NCBI GenBank assembly: GCA_964457955.1
Contig: CAYWEY010000003.1
Coordinates: 14,439-78,438, forward strand
Length of the DNA stretch: 64,000 bases
Source of the DNA: Candidatus Woesearchaeota archaeon
GTDB lineage: Archaea; Nanobdellota; Nanobdellia; Tiddalikarchaeales; Tiddalikarchaeaceae
Direction: 5' to 3'
Part shown: one piece after another, positions 39,935 to 50,972 of the stretch
How positions within the stretch are numbered: the stretch's first letter is position 1
Layout of the letters: the number at the start of each line of letters is the position of its first letter
The notes under the pieces: model-generated
Database searches by the model: none
The model's input: only the letters and a program-made list of their open reading frames with translations
What the model was told of the DNA's origin: nothing
Made by a program: the position numbers and the translations under genes

Positions 39935-40645
39935 TCAGTAATATTCTTTTAATAACTTAATCTCCTGACTAATCACGTTAGAGTATTCTCCGTCTTTTCT
40001 TAAATCCACTTCTATGATTACTGGTTTACCTGTTTTTTTCACTATTTCCTTAAGTGTGTGTATTTCTTTTAATTTAATTGCAGGACTGTCATGACTATAG
40101 TTTTTTCCTGTATAACTCCAGTGAATTTCACTAATCCTTTGATTATATTTTTTAATAATATTCACTAATTTTTTTGTTCCAGAATTCATTGCGTGACATA
40201 TGTCGAGTGTTAAATCCAGAGATGAATAATTATTCAGTATTTTCTCTAAATTACTGTCTTTCTCTAAATTCTCTACACTAATTTTGTAATTTCTTAATGA
40301 TTTGAACACGTAATCCTTATCTTTAATAGTGTCATGATGGAGAGTAATATTATTACTCCGGATTTGTGTTGTCAGCATCTTCAGCTTATTAATCACTTTT
40401 CTTGTTCTCGAATTATCCTGATACACTATGTTTTTTGCTGGTGCATGAATAGTATTGTAATATTTTTGTGATAATCTTATCACTGCCTCACTTGGTTTGT
40501 ATTCTTTAAAACTTTTATAATCAAGTAGTGATAATTCATAACCATTCACATCATGCTTTAGTATTCTCTTAATAATATTGTCTGTGTTTCTCATGATTCT
40601 AAAATAACATCCTGTGCTCACAAGCAATTTCATAATATTATTCAA
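39935..40645 (-). CDS. xylose-isomerase-like TIM-barrel-like protein (tentative)
   Basis: [14 protein letters not shown]...ISEIHWS resembles the C-terminal metal-binding region. Confidence 0.3.
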   Translation of the reverse strand: MNNIMKLLVSTGCYFRIMRNTDNIIKRILKHDVNGYELSLLDYKSFKEYKPSEAVIRLSQKYYNTIHAPAKNIVYQDNSRTRKVINKLKMLTTQIRSNNITLHHDTIKDKDYVFKSLRNYKISVENLEKDSNLEKILNNYSSLDLTLDICHAMNSGTKKLVNIIKKYNQRISEIHWSYTGKNYSHDSPAIKLKEIHTLKEIVKKTGKPVIIEVDLRKDGEYSNVISQEIKLLKEYY

Positions 40646-40678
40646 TAAGATTTTTAAATATAAATTTTTACTAATCTT

Positions 40679-40933
40679 GTGTTTATGAAAGAGGATGATT
40701 TAATTAAAAAACGTGAATTATATCTTTGTAAGAGCGATGAATTCTCTGATTTAGTTGAAGAGAATGAAAATTTAAAGCAAGAGTACGTGACTACAAAAAG
40801 CAAGAATGTTAAAAAGAAGTACTTGGAAAATGTTGATAAAATTAATGATTTGTTTAGAAAGATGAATGGTTTGGAGAAGGAGATTCAGAAAAGTCTCAAT
40901 TCATCTGATAAGACGAAGATTACGTGGGAATAA
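40679..40933 (+). CDS. hypothetical coiled-coil protein
   Basis: 84 aa ORF. Confidence 0.3.
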   Translation: MFMKEDDLIKKRELYLCKSDEFSDLVEENENLKQEYVTTKSKNVKKKYLENVDKINDLFRKMNGLEKEIQKSLNSSDKTKITWE

Positions 40934-41239
40934 ATTAATTTTTTTTTTGTTTTAATCTTTTTATACTGTCTCTTATTATTGCTTTCTCGAATTCTAAATT
41001 ATCACTAGCTTTATTAGGAATCTCTTTCTTAAATGTTCTTGGAGCAATACCATACTCTTTGGAGTTATTCGCATATGTAGAGTTTATGCTGAGAATAGTT
41101 AAAGAACTGGATTTCCCTACATTGATTGAAGTCAGTCTCCAGCCTGAAGAGGATGGAAAATACATAATTAGAAGAGAGATAAATTTGTTAAAAAAAATAT
41201 TTCAAAAGAATAATAAGTTAAAAAAACAGTTATTTAATT

Positions 41240-41596
41240 ATGGTGAGTAAAAAATTCGAACTATTATCATTAAAAAATTATTTGGAAGAAGAAGATAATG
41301 ATAATGCAGTATTTGTTGAAATAAAAAAGGATGATGGATTATTATTTTTTGTTGAAGATTTACTCAATAGTCTGGGTGAATACGATTTTTTTGAGTCAGA
41401 ATTGATTAATAAAGGATTAAGAGGGAGGGAAGGATATGATAAATTGTATGATTCAATAAGTAAACATAATTACTTTTGCAGAAAAAATTTTAATGTTCAT
41501 TTAATAAAGCAGAAAGATTCATTAATAATAATTTTTGAACCTAAGAAATTAATAAATAATGATATAATACAGAAAATAAGAGAATATATAGAATAA
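41240..41596 (+). CDS. hypothetical protein
   Basis: 118 aa ORF. Confidence 0.3.
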   Translation: MVSKKFELLSLKNYLEEEDNDNAVFVEIKKDDGLLFFVEDLLNSLGEYDFFESELINKGLRGREGYDKLYDSISKHNYFCRKNFNVHLIKQKDSLIIIFEPKKLINNDIIQKIREYIE

Positions 41597-41816
41597 GATA
41601 AAATGCTTAGAAGATATTGCTGATGAAAAAATATTTCCTTTAATTTTAACAATAAAATTATGGCAAGATTTTATAAGAAAAATATTGTGTATATGATTAC
41701 AATAAAGATTACATTAATAGAAAAGTAGTTTTTAATAAAATATCACCTGAATTGAATATTTAGAGAGGAAAATTTTTGAGTAAAGTTGAGGAATTAATGA
41801 AATTTTATAACAAAAT

Positions 41817-43004
41817 TCAAGAATAAGTATTTTTTTCAGTCATTTCTATTGCTTCTGAAGGACATATAGACGCGCAGCTTCCGCACCCGTCACAATTCTC
41901 TTCATTAATAATAATTTTATCTTCTTCTTTAATAATAGCATCATAATTACAGTATGGTATGCAGGTATAGCATTCATTGCATGTATCTGTGATTTTAGCA
42001 GTTCTTGATATTTCATCCAGACTAAACCAGTCACTTACAGAGCTCACTGATTTACCTATTAATTGGTCAAGAGTTAGTCCCGTATTTTTAAGATAATTTT
42101 TAAGATTTTTTTTCATTTCGTTAATAATATTGTATCCTTTGTTCATTACTTCAGTGCATGCTTGCAGAGTCTTTGCGCCAAGCAATAAGTACTCTACTAT
42201 TGATTCAATTTCTGAAGTCACTCCTCCCATAGCACTTATATGGTATTTCTCATAATTTATACTGCCAGCTACATTAGCAATGCTTGCTCTCGAGAAAGGC
42301 CTTATAATACTTCCTGATATTCCCCCATGTGTTGTTTTCCCACCAGTATTCAGTTTTGGTTTATAAGTATAAATATTGATTGGTGAAAGTCCTGCAATCG
42401 TATTAATTGCTGCAAAGCCATCCGCCCCCGCTTCAACACATTTTTTACTAATGTACCCTTCGTTTGGGTGGGATAAGTAAGTATGTTTCACCAATATCTT
42501 CTTCTCATCTCCAACAACATCCTTAACTGTCCTAGTTAGTAAGGCACATAAATCAGGTTTTTGTCCTATAACAGAGCCTTTACCTTCATGGTCTGCGTGG
42601 GGACAAGAAAAATTAAGTTCGTACAGGTCGGCAGGAGTATTTTTAAAAGCAAGTGATAATTCTCTCCACTCTTTTTTGTCAGGACTTCCGAACAAACTGA
42701 CTCCTAACAAACGATTTGGGTACTCTTCTTTAATCTCGTGCACCCATTCAACCCATTGCTCAACAGAATAGACAGAACCCATTTCATAGTTTTGTGAGCC
42801 AATAACTTTGTTTTTATACTTTAAGTGACATATTCTTGGTGTCTTGTCCTTAAGTTGTTCTATACTAACACTTTTTGTTATTGCACCACCCCAACCCGCC
42901 TTGTACCCGTTAATAATGCTTTCCTTATCTTTTGTTGGAGGCGCGGAAGCAAGTATGAAAGGATTATCCAAACCTATTTCTAAAAAATTAGTCTCCAGAA
43001 CCAT
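41817..43004 (-). CDS. dihydroorotate/dihydropyrimidine dehydrogenase-like TIM-barrel flavoprotein fused to a C-terminal 2x[4Fe-4S] ferredoxin domain
   Basis: N-terminal GLDNPFILASAPPTKDKESI...GWGGAITKSV (DHOD/DHPD family), C-terminal CNECYTCIPYC and CDGCGSCASICP. Confidence 0.55.
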   Translation of the reverse strand: MVLETNFLEIGLDNPFILASAPPTKDKESIINGYKAGWGGAITKSVSIEQLKDKTPRICHLKYKNKVIGSQNYEMGSVYSVEQWVEWVHEIKEEYPNRLLGVSLFGSPDKKEWRELSLAFKNTPADLYELNFSCPHADHEGKGSVIGQKPDLCALLTRTVKDVVGDEKKILVKHTYLSHPNEGYISKKCVEAGADGFAAINTIAGLSPINIYTYKPKLNTGGKTTHGGISGSIIRPFSRASIANVAGSINYEKYHISAMGGVTSEIESIVEYLLLGAKTLQACTEVMNKGYNIINEMKKNLKNYLKNTGLTLDQLIGKSVSSVSDWFSLDEISRTAKITDTCNECYTCIPYCNYDAIIKEEDKIIINEENCDGCGSCASICPSEAIEMTEKNTYS

Positions 43005-43340
43005 ACTAAATTGAAAATAAAAATGATTGTTTAAAAACTTATGTAACTATTTGATAGAAAATAAAAAAAGATTTAATAACAGTAATTTTAAATTAAAATT
43101 ATATGGATGATTTTGGATTAATGTGTTATAATTCTTCATAGAAAGCAAAGAAGAGATTGTTTAATCATAGAAAATACAAGAATAAGTTATTCAATAATCT
43201 GGAAATTTTAATAATGGGTTTGAATAATACAAGAAGTTATACTGAAATAGAAAATACAAAAAAAATAATATTCTGATTATTGAATTGTAAAAATCGTCTG
43301 AAGAAAATTTTTTAATCAATCATTTTCTTATTTTTAAATA

Positions 43341-44381
43341 ATGAAATCAAAAAAGAAAAAAATTGAGCATGAGAAGAGGATTAGTATTGAATTAATTAAG
43401 AGCGGGCTTAATCCAATAATTAGTCCAAACCCGAATAATAATTGGGAGTCTTGGCAGACTTTCAACCCAGCAGCAATACTTCTGGAAGACAAGGTTCACT
43501 TATTATATCGTGCGATTGGAGATAAAGGTGTCTCCTGTTTTGGTTATGCTTCCTCAAAAAATGGTTTAAGAATTGATGAGAGATTGCCTAATCCCGTATT
43601 TACTCATAAATCTGGTGATGGAAAAAAGTCTTATTATTCCCTGGTCTCAGGTGGGAGTTGGAGTGGGTGTGAAGACCCGAGGCTGGTGAGAGTTAATGAT
43701 GATGATAAGATTTATATGACTTACACAGCGTGCGAGAATGGTTTAAGAGTGGGACTGACTTCTATAAGCGTGAAAGATTTTCTGAATCATGAATGGAACT
43801 GGAATAGAGTAAGATTAATCTCTCCTCCTGGAGAAGTGAATAAGAATTGGGTGTTATTTCCTGAAAAAATAAATAATAAGTACGCTATTCTTCACAGTAT
43901 TTCTCCTGAAATATCAATAACTTATTTAAATAATCTTAATTTTGAAAACAATGAATATATAGAAAGTGATTATGAAAGAGTTGTTAATGGTAATTCATGG
44001 GATTCAGTTCTTAGAGGAGTGGGCGCTCCTCCAATAAAGACTGAGAAGGGATGGCTTGTCTTCTACCATGCTATGAGTCCAGGTGAGATGCATAAGTATA
44101 AAGTAGGAGTGATGCTACTTGATTTAAAAAATCCTACTAGAATAGTTCATAAACATTCTAAACCAGTTCTGGAGCCGGAAGAAGATTATGAGTGGGAGGG
44201 ATTCAAAGGCGGCGTCGTTTATGTTTCAGGTGTAGTTGTTAAAGACGGAGAACTCTTTGTTTATTTTGGTGGTGCAGACAATTATGTTTGCGTAGCACAT
44301 ACTAATTTGCAGAAATTCCTGAAAGCAGTAATATATGATAAAAAATTAGTACTGAAAAAAGACAGGGTTTTGGAAAAATGA
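43341..44381 (+). CDS. GH130-family glycoside hydrolase/phosphorylase (5-bladed beta-propeller)
   Basis: FNPAAILLEDKVHLLYRA, GCEDPRLVRV, YMTYTA, GAPPIKTEKGWLVFYHA motifs. Confidence 0.6.
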   Translation: MKSKKKKIEHEKRISIELIKSGLNPIISPNPNNNWESWQTFNPAAILLEDKVHLLYRAIGDKGVSCFGYASSKNGLRIDERLPNPVFTHKSGDGKKSYYSLVSGGSWSGCEDPRLVRVNDDDKIYMTYTACENGLRVGLTSISVKDFLNHEWNWNRVRLISPPGEVNKNWVLFPEKINNKYAILHSISPEISITYLNNLNFENNEYIESDYERVVNGNSWDSVLRGVGAPPIKTEKGWLVFYHAMSPGEMHKYKVGVMLLDLKNPTRIVHKHSKPVLEPEEDYEWEGFKGGVVYVSGVVVKDGELFVYFGGADNYVCVAHTNLQKFLKAVIYDKKLVLKKDRVLEK

Positions 44382-46297
44382 TAATAAAAAGATGCAAAGA
44401 TAATCCGGTTCTTAAACCAGATAATAAAAGATTCTGGGAAGCTCAAGCAGTTTTTAATGGTTGTCCTGTGAAAAAAGATTCTAAAACGTATTTATTATAC
44501 AGAGCTATCTCCCTGCCTTATTTTGATACTCCTGCGGATAAGAGGATGGAAATATCCAGTATAGGAATAGCTGATAGTAATGACGGAATACATTTTAAGA
44601 ACAGGAAAAGATTCATAATGCCGGAAAAGGAATGGGAGAAGTATGGTTGTGAAGACCCGAGAATAACTAAGTTAAATAATAAGTATTATATTTTCTACAC
44701 TGCTTTATCAACACACCCTTTCTCTGCTCAAGGAATTAAAGTAGGATTGGCTGTAAGCAAGGATTTGAAGACAATTGAAGAAAGACACTTAATCACTCCT
44801 TTCAATGCTAAAGGATTTGCATTATTTCCTGAAAAAATAGAAGGTAAGTATTGGGCAATACTGACAGTTCATACTGATATGCCTCCTGCAAAAATATGTT
44901 TGATAAGTTTTGATAAAGAAGAAGAGATGTGGGATGAAGACTACTGGAAAAAATGGTATGAGGATTATGATAGTCATTCTCTGGGATTGCAGAGGAAACC
45001 GCAAGACCATATAGAGGTTGGTGCGCCTCCGATAAAAACAAAAGAAGGATGGTTATTATTCTATTCTTACATAAGGAATTATTTATCAAATGAAAGGTTC
45101 TTTGGAGTGGAAGTAGTTCTGCTTGATTTAAAAAATCCTTCAAAAATAGTTGCTCGCTTAGAGATGCCAATACTTGGTCCGCATGAATATTATGAAAGAA
45201 TAGGTATGGTTCCAAACGTTGTCTTTCCTTCAGGTGCTGTGAAGAACAAGGATTTAATACACTTATATTATGGTGCGGCGGACACAACATGCTGCAGGGC
45301 GGATATAAGAGAGAGTTATCTGCTTAATTACATGCTCAGGAAAGGTCCGAAAATAAAGTTCAAAAGATTCAAGAATAATCCGATAATAACGCCAAAAGAA
45401 GAGAATAGTTGGGAGACTCTGGCAACATTTAATCCAGCAGCAGTACGTATTAATGATAAAGTTCATATATTATATAGAGCAATGTCTGATGATAATACTT
45501 CAGTCTTGGGTTATGCAATAAGTAAGAATGGTAAAAAAATAGATTATCGTTCAGATAAGCCAGCTTATGTTCCGAGAAAATCATTTGAGGAGAAAAAAAA
45601 TCCTGGAGGAAATTCTGGATGCGAAGATCCGAGACTGACAATTATTGGTGACAAAGTTTACATGTTCTACACAGCTTATGATGGGGTTAATTCACCGAGA
45701 GTTAGTTTTACATGGATAAAGAAGAATGATTTTTTGAAACAGAAATGGGATGAGTGGGTGGAGCCTAAAATAATATCTCCTCCCAATATGGATGACAAGG
45801 ATGCCTGCCTATTTCCTGAAAAAATTGATAATAATTATTATATAATTCATAGAACAGGTGATGACATGGATTTAGCTGTTGTTCCTGACCTCGAGTTCGG
45901 TGAGAACGAGTGGATTGAAGACCTTATATGGATTAAGCCCAGAAATGGTTGGTGGGACAGTAAGAAAGTTGGTGTTGCAGCACCACCATTAAAAATTGAT
46001 GATAATTGGTTAATCCTGTATCATGGTGTTTCAGAAAAAAGTATTTACAGAGTAGGAGCAGTATTAGTTAGTGGAAAAGACCCTTTCAATATTCTTGCCA
46101 GGACTTATGAACCATTATTTGAGCCTGAAGAATCTTATGAAAAAAAAGGAATAGTATCAAATGTTGTTTTCCCGTGCGGTGCAGTAATTATTGATGATGA
46201 ATTACTATTATACTATGGTGGGGGAGACAAAGTCACAGGCGTTGCAAGTATAAAAGTTAATGACTTATTTAAGAAATTAAAAAACAAAAGAATTTAA
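44378..46297 (+). CDS. tandem double GH130-family domain protein
   Basis: 639 aa = two GH130 units (GCEDPRITKL / GAPPIKTKEGW and FNPAAVRINDKVHILYRA / GCEDPRLTII / AAPPLKIDDNW); 4-nt overlap with upstream GH130 gene. Confidence 0.6.
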   Translation: MIIKRCKDNPVLKPDNKRFWEAQAVFNGCPVKKDSKTYLLYRAISLPYFDTPADKRMEISSIGIADSNDGIHFKNRKRFIMPEKEWEKYGCEDPRITKLNNKYYIFYTALSTHPFSAQGIKVGLAVSKDLKTIEERHLITPFNAKGFALFPEKIEGKYWAILTVHTDMPPAKICLISFDKEEEMWDEDYWKKWYEDYDSHSLGLQRKPQDHIEVGAPPIKTKEGWLLFYSYIRNYLSNERFFGVEVVLLDLKNPSKIVARLEMPILGPHEYYERIGMVPNVVFPSGAVKNKDLIHLYYGAADTTCCRADIRESYLLNYMLRKGPKIKFKRFKNNPIITPKEENSWETLATFNPAAVRINDKVHILYRAMSDDNTSVLGYAISKNGKKIDYRSDKPAYVPRKSFEEKKNPGGNSGCEDPRLTIIGDKVYMFYTAYDGVNSPRVSFTWIKKNDFLKQKWDEWVEPKIISPPNMDDKDACLFPEKIDNNYYIIHRTGDDMDLAVVPDLEFGENEWIEDLIWIKPRNGWWDSKKVGVAAPPLKIDDNWLILYHGVSEKSIYRVGAVLVSGKDPFNILARTYEPLFEPEESYEKKGIVSNVVFPCGAVIIDDELLLYYGGGDKVTGVASIKVNDLFKKLKNKRI

Positions 46298-46570
46298 TCA
46301 CTGAAGAGAAAATAATTTTGGATGCGCCTCCGAGATGATCAGAAACTGTTAGAAAAACAATTGTTATAGAAGTTTTTTAAACAAAAAAGAACAAGTAAAA
46401 AATATGCGAACAAACCAAAATACTGAAAGAATACAACGAAGAACACAACATAAGAAAATAAATAAAAGATTAAACATAATAAGCACAAACAACTATTCTT
46501 CTTATTCAGACGAAGAGGAAGGAAAAAGAAATAATTAAATTTTTTAATTACTTTTTACGAATCATAACAC

Positions 46571-47839
46571 TTATTCGTAAGTTATTGCTTTTATCGGGTC
46601 AAGATGAGATGCTTTCCTTGCAGGAAGATATCCTGAAAGAGCCCCAATAACAATACTAAGAAGCAATGAATAAAACAGTATATTAAAACTTATTGCTAAT
46701 CTTATACCATTAGATAATCCTGGAAGCACCGCAGGAGCAAAACTAACCATTATTTGAGCCAATCCAATACCCATAATTATACCACCAAAACCCCCTATTA
46801 AACTTATTAATACAGACTCAACAAGAATTAATAATATAATATCCAGATTCTTAGCACCAATCGCTTTCATAATACCAATTTCACGAGTCCTCTCATAAAC
46901 ACTAGTAAACATAGTATTAGATATTGAAACCACACCAACCAACAAACTAATTGCAGCAATACCCGTCAATAACATTGTTATAGTATTCAAAACATCACCC
47001 ACCATACTCATCTTAGAAACACTTTCTAAAATATGAAAATCCTCCTCATCCCATTCACTAATATCATGAGTATTGCGCAATGCTTCTTTTATCAAAACAG
47101 AAGTCTCATTAACAACATCCTGACTTGAAGCACGAACAGTTATACTATCATAACTTTCATCCCAACCCTCATCAAACAACTCAACATTATCAACAATCAT
47201 AAACACACTATCATCCGAACCACCCCTACCCTGCTCTTCAAGTATACCTGCAACGCGAAACTCCTCACTATACTCATCACCACTCTCATCTTCAAACAAC
47301 AAAATATCCCCAACAAAAACTTCCTCATCAAAAACCTCATGAGCAATACGATAACCAATAACAATCTTGTCCTCATCATTATCATCCATAAAATAACCCT
47401 CTTCAAAATCAAAACTCTCAATCACCTCATACTCTGAAGGAATAACAAAATTAACAGAGACAGTAATACTCTCATCCTCAAACTCCATTCTCAAACGCTC
47501 ACTCACCAGAGGACTAACAGCAACAATATTCGGAAGAGTCAAGAGTTCATCAACATCCTCATCTGTCAAAACTGCTTCCCCATTATCATATTCATTATTC
47601 TTATATCCTCCTGGACGCATCCTACTCGCTTCCTGCGCACTACCCGGCAATACTTGAATATTCTCAGTGCCAAAAGCACTGAACTGCTCATTCAAACTTA
47701 CATTAATACTCTCGCCAAGACTCATTAATCCAACAACACTCGCTATACCAATAACTATACCAAGAATAGTCAACCAGCTACGCAATCCTTTAAAACCAAT
47801 ATTCTTTAATGATAATGATAAAACATCCCTAAGTCTCAT
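46571..47839 (-). CDS. ABC transporter permease, MacB/FtsX-type with periplasmic domain
   Basis: N-terminal TM + MacB_PCD-like extracytoplasmic domain + C-terminal FtsX 3-TM bundle. Confidence 0.8.
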   Translation of the reverse strand: MRLRDVLSLSLKNIGFKGLRSWLTILGIVIGIASVVGLMSLGESINVSLNEQFSAFGTENIQVLPGSAQEASRMRPGGYKNNEYDNGEAVLTDEDVDELLTLPNIVAVSPLVSERLRMEFEDESITVSVNFVIPSEYEVIESFDFEEGYFMDDNDEDKIVIGYRIAHEVFDEEVFVGDILLFEDESGDEYSEEFRVAGILEEQGRGGSDDSVFMIVDNVELFDEGWDESYDSITVRASSQDVVNETSVLIKEALRNTHDISEWDEEDFHILESVSKMSMVGDVLNTITMLLTGIAAISLLVGVVSISNTMFTSVYERTREIGIMKAIGAKNLDIILLILVESVLISLIGGFGGIIMGIGLAQIMVSFAPAVLPGLSNGIRLAISFNILFYSLLLSIVIGALSGYLPARKASHLDPIKAITYE

Positions 47840-47852
47840 TCCCCACTACTCC

Positions 47853-49253
47853 TTACTTCTTTTTCCTTTTCTTAATAATTACATAACTAACCACAACAAC
47901 AAATACTACTCCAATAAAACCAAGTCCTGCATAAACTCCAGTCCAATCAACAGTTCCCTGATTCTTAAAACCACCTCCCCCCTGCTTAAAATCTTCAGGC
48001 ATGTCGGGAGTAGCAAAACTCGTAGTTGCTTGACTATCATAAATTATCTCTTTTGTAATGTTCTCAACCATTCTCTGACCCAACTGATTCGTGAAACTAA
48101 TCTCAAAACCCAAATCAATCAATCCTTCAGAAACCATCTCCTGCCGAGCCCCCCTCCTCTCCTGCATACTCATATTCTCACCTTTTAATGTAAAAGTAAA
48201 ACTGGACGTTGAATAATCACCAGGCACCAAATCACCCACAAAATCCTGATTAACACTCCCAATACCAATATTCCCATTATCCCTTATAGATAATACAACA
48301 GAATCCGCATCAACAGTACCAATATTAGCAAGAGTCACCCTCACTTTAACTTCAGAACTATCCTTACTGAAAGAAACATCCTTAATCAACAATTCAAAAG
48401 GAGAACCCCCCTCAATATTCGCCCCAAAACTACTTTCAGAACTATACTCATCACTATCACTCTCATAACTCAAGTTAACAACAGACTCATGCATTCCAGT
48501 ACTCACAGAACTATCCGAAACAAGCTCCAAAACAACATCCTGACTCTCACCACCAAAAATATCATCTAAAACAATAACATTAGATGATGAGTGAGTGCTA
48601 AAAGTATCAGAATCAAAACTCAACTCAACATTCTCTGCTTCAACAACACCTGAATTCTTAACAGTCAATATTAATTGAAAAACTTCTCCAGGAGTAATCT
48701 CCTCATCAGACAAAACAATATCTGAAATAATCAAGTTCGGCTCTATACGCGAATTCTCTATCTCAAAAAATTCCTTATAACTCACATGTTTCCCAAAATC
48801 CTCATCAGAACCATCATAACTAGGCCTTGTTGAATATCTTATACTAAAATATGCTGAATAATAATCTGTAGTAATATTCTCAGGAATCTCTATCTTATAA
48901 ATCAGTTGTTTAGAATCACTTCCATAAACATCACCAACAGGTTCATAACAACTACTAGGATATTCTAAACAAACCCTTCTGGATAAACTAAATTTATTAC
49001 AACTCTCACACTCCATACTACACTCAAGAGGAGAATCAACACTATCAAGAACAATCTCAGTATTATAAGCTGGGTTCGTCCCATCATTATTCAATATAAT
49101 TTTTAGATAACCCGTCCCGCCAGGCTCCATTCCAACAACTTCCGAACTAATCTGCAATACAGGGTTTTCAGGAGTAGCTCCCGAACAAAAATTAATTAAC
49201 AACAAACTAACCAATATAACTGCTACCGGTCTTAACTTCATATTCACCATCAC
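47853..49253 (-). CDS. large secreted/cell-surface protein with C-terminal TM anchor (COG1361/DUF11-like)
   Basis: Signal peptide, beta-rich S/T/D-rich extracellular region, C-terminal TM helix + KKRKKK stop-transfer. Confidence 0.45.
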   Translation of the reverse strand: MMVNMKLRPVAVILVSLLLINFCSGATPENPVLQISSEVVGMEPGGTGYLKIILNNDGTNPAYNTEIVLDSVDSPLECSMECESCNKFSLSRRVCLEYPSSCYEPVGDVYGSDSKQLIYKIEIPENITTDYYSAYFSIRYSTRPSYDGSDEDFGKHVSYKEFFEIENSRIEPNLIISDIVLSDEEITPGEVFQLILTVKNSGVVEAENVELSFDSDTFSTHSSSNVIVLDDIFGGESQDVVLELVSDSSVSTGMHESVVNLSYESDSDEYSSESSFGANIEGGSPFELLIKDVSFSKDSSEVKVRVTLANIGTVDADSVVLSIRDNGNIGIGSVNQDFVGDLVPGDYSTSSFTFTLKGENMSMQERRGARQEMVSEGLIDLGFEISFTNQLGQRMVENITKEIIYDSQATTSFATPDMPEDFKQGGGGFKNQGTVDWTGVYAGLGFIGVVFVVVVSYVIIKKRKKK

Positions 49254-49932
49254 TTATCACCTTTCCATCAAGCATTTTAATAACACGAGGCGCTTGCCTC
49301 GCAATCTTAGGATCATGAGTCACAACAATCAAAGTATTACTATTATTCCATAATTTCTTGAACAATTTAACCACTTCCTTACCAGTCTTGCTATCCAAAT
49401 TACCAGTAGGCTCATCAGCAAAAATTATCTTCGGATTATTCGCTAATGCACGAGCAATAGCAACTCTCTGCCGCTGACCACCCGACAATTGTCCAGGAAG
49501 ATGGTCACATCTTTCTCCAAGACCCACATTCTTAAGCAGTTTCCTCGCCCTCTCCTTACGATCACCATCCTCCTCACCCGCAAAAATCATAGGTAATTCA
49601 ACATTCTCAAGAGCAGTCAAATTAGGTGTTAAGAAAAAAAACTGGAAAACAAAACCAATATTCTCACTTCTCAAATGAGTAAGTTCATCATCACTTAATT
49701 CATCAACTTTAGAACCGTTTATGAAAACATTCCCCTTTGTAGGCATGTCCAATAATCCCATAACATGCATAAGAGTACTCTTACCACATCCAGACGGACC
49801 GTAAACAGCGATGAACTCACCTTCTTCAACTTCCAAACTAACACCATTAACTGCTTTCACAATATTACTCTTGCCAAGACGATAATACTTCTTCACATTC
49901 TTCAACTCGATTATCTTATTATTATCACTCAT
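49207..49932 (-). CDS. ABC transporter ATP-binding protein (MacB/LolD-like)
   Basis: GPSGCGKSTL Walker A, LSGGQRQRVAIARAL signature, IFADEPTGNLD Walker B; likely start at MSDNNK (49932), not the ORF-track start 49962. Confidence 0.85.
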   Translation of the reverse strand: MSDNNKIIELKNVKKYYRLGKSNIVKAVNGVSLEVEEGEFIAVYGPSGCGKSTLMHVMGLLDMPTKGNVFINGSKVDELSDDELTHLRSENIGFVFQFFFLTPNLTALENVELPMIFAGEEDGDRKERARKLLKNVGLGERCDHLPGQLSGGQRQRVAIARALANNPKIIFADEPTGNLDSKTGKEVVKLFKKLWNNSNTLIVVTHDPKIARQAPRVIKMLDGKVISDGEYEVKTGSSYIG

Positions 49933-49973
49933 GAATAATATTTCATAATACTGAAACAGCATATTAAACTAAC

Positions 49974-50549
49974 TTGAAACAGTTTGAAACGATTCCAAAA
50001 ATTTTAAAAACAAATGAAACACTATTTAAATACTTAATGAAACAATCTGAAACAAAAAACAAGCACACAATATTAATGTACTTATGTTTTATAATGGGAG
50101 GATTATGCATATTAGTATCAATTTACATGCTAATTTTCAACACAAACATATTATTATCCAGAAGAAACAAAAGCATAACTAATTTCACAAAAAATAACAA
50201 CACATTACGCCCACACCCTCAACAATCAAATCCTTTCAACGCAATAAACCTAATAACTAACTTAATAATATTATCTACGGGAATAACTTTAATAAGTTCA
50301 GGAATCAGCCTCAATTCATTAATAACAAAAAAAATCAAGAAAGACATTACAGACATGTTATTAACTCCTGAAGAAAAAAAAGTAATAGAAATATTGGAGA
50401 AAAGAAACGGGGAAATAACACAAAACGAGATAACACAAATAACAAATTATTCAAGAGTAAAAGTATACAGGATAACAAAAAGTTTAGAAGAAAAAAAACT
50501 AATACAAAAAATAAAATACGGACAAACAAACAAAATAATACTAAAATAA
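49974..50549 (+). CDS. membrane-anchored winged-helix transcriptional regulator (tentative)
   Basis: Two TM helices followed by VIEILEKRNGEITQNEITQITNYSRVKVYRITKSLEEKKLI wHTH; divergent from the ABC operon. Confidence 0.4.
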   Translation: MKQFETIPKILKTNETLFKYLMKQSETKNKHTILMYLCFIMGGLCILVSIYMLIFNTNILLSRRNKSITNFTKNNNTLRPHPQQSNPFNAINLITNLIILSTGITLISSGISLNSLITKKIKKDITDMLLTPEEKKVIEILEKRNGEITQNEITQITNYSRVKVYRITKSLEEKKLIQKIKYGQTNKIILK

Positions 50550-50723
50550 TCATAATTAACAAAAAAATACGAAATAGGATACATAATGAGCACAATAGCA
50601 TACCTAATATTATTCCTATTCAGAAAACGAGGAAGAAAAAAGAAATAATTATACTCGCTAGGTTTTTTGTTTTTAATTATAAAGGAGTTTTATCTAAAAT
50701 GAGTGTTCTATTGAATATTGAAT

Positions 50724-50972
50724 TTAAATCCTTTCTAGATAAACCTTTAATCTTTGATTTAAGCGGGAAAATATGATGGTCATGCACTTGATCCATTGGA
50801 TAATTTCCAACCTGTCTTGTTGTAAAAAAAGTTTAATTTTATTATTCTTTTCTCTATGTTCTTTTTCTGATTCAGAAATAAATTTTTTACCTATTTTATG
50901 TTTAATTCTTTTTTTAAGAATATTTAAAATTCTTTTATAATTTTTATAAGTTGCTCTTTCCAATCTAGTCAT
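50724..50972 (-). CDS. highly basic small protein (K/R-rich)
   Basis: 82 aa, pI strongly basic. Confidence 0.3.
   Translation of the reverse strand: MTRLERATYKNYKRILNILKKRIKHKIGKKFISESEKEHREKNNKIKLFLQQDRLEIIQWIKCMTIIFSRLNQRLKVYLERI

Noticed and set aside
44808-45641. Four minus-strand ORFs (160, 62, 67, 63 aa)
   Set aside because: Antisense shadows within the double GH130 gene
47667-48188. 173-aa plus-strand ORF
   Set aside because: Antisense to the FtsX permease and surface-protein genes; low-complexity P/S/L-rich translation; no start context
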